From assembly GCA_963558405.1 (NCBI GenBank), contig CAUWGC010000027.1, positions 1-11,227 on the forward strand: a DNA stretch of 11,227 bases, written 5' to 3'. The first letter of the stretch is position 1. Each line of letters begins with the position of its first letter. Below, one piece after another: positions 6,484 through 11,227 of the stretch. Origin of the DNA: an uncultured Clostridia bacterium (GTDB lineage Bacteria; Bacillota; Clostridia; TANB77; CAG-508). The notes under the pieces are model-generated. The model had not been told where the DNA came from and did no database searches. It saw only the letters and a list, made by a program, of their open reading frames with translations. Both the position numbers and the translations under genes were made by a program.

Positions 6484-9093
6484 TTACTTCATTTTGTCTT
6501 TTATCTTAACAACCCAATTTAAGGCTTCAATTGGAGTAAGCGTATTTATATCTATTTTGTCAACTTCTTGAGCAATTTCTGCTAATTTGTAATTATATAA
6601 ATCTAGTTGTCCTACTGCTACTTTTTTGTTTTCTTCTTCTTTTTTCTTTTCTATTAAAACACTTTTTCTTTCTAGTCCTTTTAAAATATGGTTTGCATTT
6701 TTTAGTACTTCTGTTGGAACTCCTGCAAGTTTTGCTACATGTACACCATAACTTTCATCAGTTCCTCCTGCTACTATTTTTCTTAAAAAGACTATATCTT
6801 CACCTTTTTCTTTTACAGCAATAGAATAGTTTTTAACTCCTGGTTTTGTTTCTTCTAGTTTTGTAAGTTCATGATAATGTGTTGCAAATAAAGTTTTAGC
6901 ACCGCATTTCTCTTTATCTACAATATATTCTGCAACCGCCCACGCAATAGAAAGTCCATCATAAGTTGAAGTTCCTCTTCCTATTTCATCTAATATAACT
7001 AAACTATTATTAGTTGCCTCTTTTAAAATTGATGCAACTTCCATCATTTCTACCATAAATGTACTTTGTCCCATACTCAAGTCATCAGATGCTCCAACCC
7101 TGGTAAATATTTTATCAACAACTCCAATATGAGCTGTTGTAGCTGGTACAAAGCTTCCTATTTGTGCCATTAATGTTATTAATGCAACTTGTCTCATATA
7201 TGTAGATTTTCCTGCCATATTAGGACCTGTAATAATACTTAATCTGTTTTCTTCTTTATCCAAATATGTATCATTTGCTACAAAAGAACCTGGAGGTAAC
7301 ATCTTTTCTATTACTGGATGTCTACCTTCTTTTATATCAATTATTCCGTTATTATCTACCACTGGCTTACAATAGTTAAGGTCCTCGGCTACTTGTGCAA
7401 ATGAAGTTAAAACATCTAATGTTGCAACTACTAATGCAGACTTTTGTATTCTTTGTATTTGTAATTCTATTTTATCTCTTATTTCTATAAAAGCATTATA
7501 TTCTAATGTAATTACCTTTTCCTCTGCTCCTAATATTTGATTTTCTAAGTTTTTTAATTCCTCTGTAATAAATCTTTCACAATTTGTTAATGTTTGCTTT
7601 CTTATATATCTTTCTGGTACCATATTTAAGTTAGATTTTGTAACTTCTATATAATATCCAAATACACGATTAAATCCTACTTTTAATCCTTTAATACCTG
7701 TTTTTTCACGTTCTTCTGCTTCTAATTTAATAATCCAATTTTTACCTTCTGTTGTTGCTGTCTTTAATCTGTCAATTTCTTCATTGTATCCTTTTTTTAT
7801 AATACCTCCCTCTTTTATTGTAAGGGGTGGCTCGTCCACAATAGAAATTTCTATTAAATCTCTAATGTCTTCTAACATATCAAGATTATTATATATATCT
7901 TGTAATAATTTAGATTTTGTATTAGATAAAATTTTCTTTAGTTCTGGTAATTGTGCAACAGAGCATTTTAAAGAAATCATATCTCTACCTGTTGAATTAC
8001 CATAAGAAATTCTTCCTGCTAATCTTTCTATATCATATATTTTTTTTAAAAGAGCAATAATATCTCCTCTTAATATTACATTGTCCTTTATTTCCTCAAC
8101 CGCTTCTAATCTTTGATTTATTTCTTCCACATCTATAAGAGGGTCATTTAACCATCTTCTTAAATGTCTTCCCCCCATTGATGTTGATGTTTTATCTAAT
8201 ACCCATAGCAAAGTACCCTTTTTAGATTTATCACGCATTTTTTCTGTTAGTTCTAGATTTCTTCTTGCATTAATATCAAGTGCCATATATTTAGTAGTTT
8301 TATATAACTGTATTTTATTAATATGCTCTAAATTATTTTTTTGAGTTTCCTTTAAATATGCATATAATCCATTTATTGAACATATACAGAATAGTTTGTC
8401 TTGCAAATTATCAATCTTATTTTGATTGTCATCTAATATATCAAAATTTGTTAAACCATCAATTGATTCCGAAAATTTTTCATCTTTTAGTAATGTAATA
8501 TATATATCAAATCTTTCTTTTATTTTTGAAATTTCTTCTTTTGATTCAAACATATCGCTATTTGTTACAATTTCAGCAGGTGAATATCTAGAAATTTCAT
8601 CAAGTAACTTTGCAAAATTGTTATTTTCTTTTATCTCAGTAGACAAAAAATCTCCTGTTGAAACATCACATACAGCTAGTCCATAATATATCCCCTTTTT
8701 AAAAACTGACATAATATAGTTGTTACGTTTTTCTTCTAATAAATTAGATTCTATTACAGTTCCTGGAGTAACCACACGAACCACATCACGTTTTACCATT
8801 CCTTTGGCTTGTTTTGGGTCTTCCATTTGTTCACAAATTGCAACTTTATACCCCTTGCTAATTAATTTTGCTATATAACTGTCTACTGCATGAAAAGGAA
8901 TTCCACACATTGGTGCTCTTTCCTCTTGTCCACAGTCTTTTCCTGTTAATGTTATTTCAAGCTCTCTTGATGCTGTTAATGCATCCTCAAAAAACATTTC
9001 ATAAAAATCTCCTAATCTATAGAACAAAATACAATCACTATACTCATTTTTTGTTTGTAAATAATGTTGCATCATAGGTGAAAACTCTGCCAT
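6484..9093 (-). CDS. mutS: DNA mismatch repair protein MutS
   Basis: PMMQHY, FYRLGDFYEMF, TGPNMAGKSTYMRQ, STFMVEM, DEIGRGTST, FATHYHEL and SYGVHVAKLAG motifs. Confidence 0.98.
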   Translation of the reverse strand: MAEFSPMMQHYLQTKNEYSDCILFYRLGDFYEMFFEDALTASRELEITLTGKDCGQEERAPMCGIPFHAVDSYIAKLISKGYKVAICEQMEDPKQAKGMVKRDVVRVVTPGTVIESNLLEEKRNNYIMSVFKKGIYYGLAVCDVSTGDFLSTEIKENNNFAKLLDEISRYSPAEIVTNSDMFESKEEISKIKERFDIYITLLKDEKFSESIDGLTNFDILDDNQNKIDNLQDKLFCICSINGLYAYLKETQKNNLEHINKIQLYKTTKYMALDINARRNLELTEKMRDKSKKGTLLWVLDKTSTSMGGRHLRRWLNDPLIDVEEINQRLEAVEEIKDNVILRGDIIALLKKIYDIERLAGRISYGNSTGRDMISLKCSVAQLPELKKILSNTKSKLLQDIYNNLDMLEDIRDLIEISIVDEPPLTIKEGGIIKKGYNEEIDRLKTATTEGKNWIIKLEAEEREKTGIKGLKVGFNRVFGYYIEVTKSNLNMVPERYIRKQTLTNCERFITEELKNLENQILGAEEKVITLEYNAFIEIRDKIELQIQRIQKSALVVATLDVLTSFAQVAEDLNYCKPVVDNNGIIDIKEGRHPVIEKMLPPGSFVANDTYLDKEENRLSIITGPNMAGKSTYMRQVALITLMAQIGSFVPATTAHIGVVDKIFTRVGASDDLSMGQSTFMVEMMEVASILKEATNNSLVILDEIGRGTSTYDGLSIAWAVAEYIVDKEKCGAKTLFATHYHELTKLEETKPGVKNYSIAVKEKGEDIVFLRKIVAGGTDESYGVHVAKLAGVPTEVLKNANHILKGLERKSVLIEKKKEEENKKVAVGQLDLYNYKLAEIAQEVDKIDINTLTPIEALNWVVKIKDKMK

Positions 9094-9125
9094 TTTTTAT
9101 ACTCCCTTTCTCAATTCCTTTATTG

Positions 9126-10511
9126 TTAATTTTTCTCTCCTCTCAAATACCACATATGTTCTGATACAATTTTTACTGGAATAATTTTTCCTATTTCCTC
9201 TTCTGTTCCTTCAAGTACAACAACTTTATTTGTATCTGTTCTTGCACTAAGCATATTTGGATTATTTTTACTTTTTCCTTCTATTAAAACATTTTGAATA
9301 GTTCCAATATATTTTTTGTTATTCTCTTCCATTTGACTTTCTACTAATGCTTTTAATCTATCAAAGCGTTTATGCTTTATTTCCTCTGGAATTTGATTTT
9401 CCATTTTATCAGCTACAGTTCCAACTCTTCTTGAATATATAAACATAAATACCTGCTCAAAATTTACTTTTTTTACAACATCTAAAGTATCTTCAAAATC
9501 CTCTTCTGTCTCACCTGGAAAACCAACAATAATATCTGTGCTAAACTTTACTTCTGGAATTTCCTTCTTCATTTTTTCTACCAAATTTAAATATTGTTCT
9601 TTTGTATATTTTCTATTCATAACTTTTAATACTTCTGTACTACCAGATTGAAGAGGTAAATGTACTAGTCTACTAATTTTTTTACAATCATGAATAGCCT
9701 CTATAACATCATCTTTAAAATCCTTTGGATGTGGAGATATAAATCGTATAATCTCTATTCCTTCTATTTTATTTATTTCTCTTAACAAATCAGAAAATCT
9801 ATAAATTCCTAAATTTCCATTTCCTACATAAGAATTTACGTTTTGACCTAATAAAGTTATTTCTTTATATCCATTTTTAGCTAAGTCATTTATTTCTTCT
9901 AAAATATCTTTTGGATCTCTGCTTCTTTCTCTTCCTCGTACATATGGAACAATACAGTAAGCACAAAAGTTATTACAACCATTCATTATAGTAACAGAAG
10001 CCTTGTATTTATCATCACGTTTAATTGGAAGTCCTTCTATTATTTCTCCATCTATTTGTAAAATATTTTTTATTCTTTTTTTATCTACTAAGACTTTATA
10101 TAAATCTTCTGGAAATTGATAAAAAGTATGTGTTCCAAAAACAATATCACAAAAAGGATAGCTTTTTTTTATTTTTTCTACAATATGTTCCTCTTGCATC
10201 ATACATCCACCAACAGCTATAATTGTTCCATTATTCTCTTTTAACCTTTTAACTTCTCCTAATTTACCAAAAAGTTTTTCTTCTGCATTTTCTCTTACAC
10301 AACAAGTATTAAAAAGAACAATATTTGCATTAGACATATTTTCTGTTTTACTATATCCCATATTCTCTAGCATACCACATATTTTTTCAGAATCATTTTC
10401 ATTTAATTGACATCCCATTGTTAAAATATAGTACAAAGGCTGTTTATTTAAATTTATATTTTTTACTTTTTCCATAAATTCTTCTTGTTTTATAATTTTT
10501 TCCTCTTTCAC
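9126..10511 (-). CDS. miaB: tRNA (N6-isopentenyl adenosine(37)-C2)-methylthiotransferase MiaB
   Basis: TMGCQLNENDSE, NTCCVRENAE, radical SAM GCNNFCAYCIVPYVRG, DIIVGFPGET and a TRAM C-terminus. GTG 10511 preferred as start because GGAGG lies 5 nt upstream. Confidence 0.96.
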   Translation of the reverse strand: MKEEKIIKQEEFMEKVKNINLNKQPLYYILTMGCQLNENDSEKICGMLENMGYSKTENMSNANIVLFNTCCVRENAEEKLFGKLGEVKRLKENNGTIIAVGGCMMQEEHIVEKIKKSYPFCDIVFGTHTFYQFPEDLYKVLVDKKRIKNILQIDGEIIEGLPIKRDDKYKASVTIMNGCNNFCAYCIVPYVRGRERSRDPKDILEEINDLAKNGYKEITLLGQNVNSYVGNGNLGIYRFSDLLREINKIEGIEIIRFISPHPKDFKDDVIEAIHDCKKISRLVHLPLQSGSTEVLKVMNRKYTKEQYLNLVEKMKKEIPEVKFSTDIIVGFPGETEEDFEDTLDVVKKVNFEQVFMFIYSRRVGTVADKMENQIPEEIKHKRFDRLKALVESQMEENNKKYIGTIQNVLIEGKSKNNPNMLSARTDTNKVVVLEGTEEEIGKIIPVKIVSEHMWYLRGEKN

Positions 10512-10544
10512 AAAAACCTCCAAATTGCTTTTAAGATAGTTATA

Positions 10545-10573
10545 ATTTTATTATATTTGTCGAAATTTATCAA
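10545..10573 (-). promoter_or_regulatory. Sigma-A promoter of miaB-mutS
   Basis: Minus strand TTGATA-N17-TAAAAT. Confidence 0.55.
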
Positions 10574-10616
10574 GTATTTTGGATAAACTTAACTCTAAAG
10601 GTTACTTTTAAAAGCA

Positions 10617-10644
10617 AAAAAAAGAAACGACCTATAGTCATTTC
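10617..10644 (-). terminator. Intrinsic terminator of rpmE
   Basis: Minus strand GAAATGAC-TATAG-GTCGTTTC stem followed by a T run. Confidence 0.7.
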
Positions 10645-10649
10645 CCTTT

Positions 10650-10850
10650 TTATTGTATACCATATTTTTTCTTAAATTTATCTGCTCTACCACCTGTTGT
10701 ATTTTGTTTTAAGTTACCTGTCCAATATGGATGACATTTAGAACAAACATCAACTTTCATATCTGCTTTTGTAGAGTTTGTTTTAATTACATTACCACAA
10801 GCACAAGTAATTGTTGATTCTTTATATTCTGGATGTATTCCTTCTTTCAT
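10650..10850 (-). CDS. rpmE: 50S ribosomal protein L31 (zinc-binding type)
   Basis: MKEGIHPEY...CACG...[12 protein letters not shown]...[11 protein letters not shown]; GAGGTG SD. Confidence 0.97.
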   Translation of the reverse strand: MKEGIHPEYKESTITCACGNVIKTNSTKADMKVDVCSKCHPYWTGNLKQNTTGGRADKFKKKYGIQ

Positions 10851-10894
10851 CTAGTTTCACCTCTTCCTACTCTTTTATAAATGTATCATATATT

Positions 10895-10923
10895 ATCATA
10901 ACATATTTAAATATTTTTTTCAA
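10895..10923 (-). promoter_or_regulatory. Sigma-A promoter of rpmE
   Basis: Minus strand TTGAAA-N17-TATGAT with extended -10 TG. Confidence 0.6.
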
Positions 10924-10946
10924 GCTTTGTTATAATTTTATTAAGC

Positions 10947-11099
10947 TTATTTTTTATTTTGTTGTTCTTGTAAATATGTTGCAGATGTCTGAAGTTCTTT
11001 ACTTAAAGGATTTTTACTTACTAATTTATTTACAATATTAAATAAGCAAGCAACAATTAAAATAACTAAGCATAACTTTTTCCATATTTTAGCTATCAT
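10947..11099 (-). CDS. Small single-pass membrane protein (50 aa), absent from the ORF track
   Basis: AAGGAGAGG SD; MIAKIWKKLCLVILIVACLFNIVNKLVSKNPLSKELQTSATYLQEQQNKK; consensus promoter upstream. Confidence 0.7.
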   Translation of the reverse strand: MIAKIWKKLCLVILIVACLFNIVNKLVSKNPLSKELQTSATYLQEQQNKK

Positions 11100-11132
11100 A
11101 TAAAAATCCTCTCCTTCTTTAACTATATTCCT

Positions 11133-11161
11133 ATTATACTTGCTTTTCGAGGCATTGTCAA
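11133..11161 (-). promoter_or_regulatory. Perfect consensus sigma-A promoter
   Basis: Minus strand TTGACA-N17-TATAAT. Confidence 0.85.
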
Positions 11162-11209
11162 CACTTTTTATGTTTTAAGTTTCGGTATTTTTTGAAAATT
11201 TGCGGAATG

Positions 11210-11218
11210 TTATCCACA
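11210..11218 (+). promoter_or_regulatory. DnaA box
   Basis: Perfect TTATCCACA in apparently non-coding DNA at the window edge. Confidence 0.5.
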
Positions 11219-11227
11219 GAATTATGA

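Noticed and set aside
1304-10850. smpB, miaB and rpmE as a dedicated frameshift-support cluster
   Set aside because: All affect translation fidelity or rescue, but they are universal genes in separate transcription units; nothing in the sequence links them to the CGG sites.
10811-11041. 76-aa plus-strand ORF
   Set aside because: Antisense to rpmE, its promoter and the 50-aa gene; low-complexity translation.

Overview
Very AT-rich chromosomal window from a spore-forming, low-GC Firmicute, probably Clostridia (inferred from gene content and sigma-A/Shine-Dalgarno signals). Housekeeping genes are smpB, class II fructose-bisphosphate aldolase (fba), an RNHCP-domain protein, a ThrRS-like/uridine kinase fusion, miaB-mutS and rpmE. 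Sporulation-type genes (sspH, DUF1540), two exported or membrane proteins and two stand-alone orphan transcription units lie among them. The main observation is that two unrelated genes, fba and a signal-peptide/sortase-type surface protein, are each broken by a +1 frame change at the same context. In both, an in-frame CGG codon sits in NNT-CGG-A shortly before a TAA, and skipping the C gives GGA (Gly) and restores a full-length protein. I found no in-frame CGG in the other conserved genes, which suggests CGG-triggered +1 recoding or four-base decoding; sequencing error must still be excluded. Both orphan units also show 5'-end/3'-end complementarity in their predicted mRNAs.
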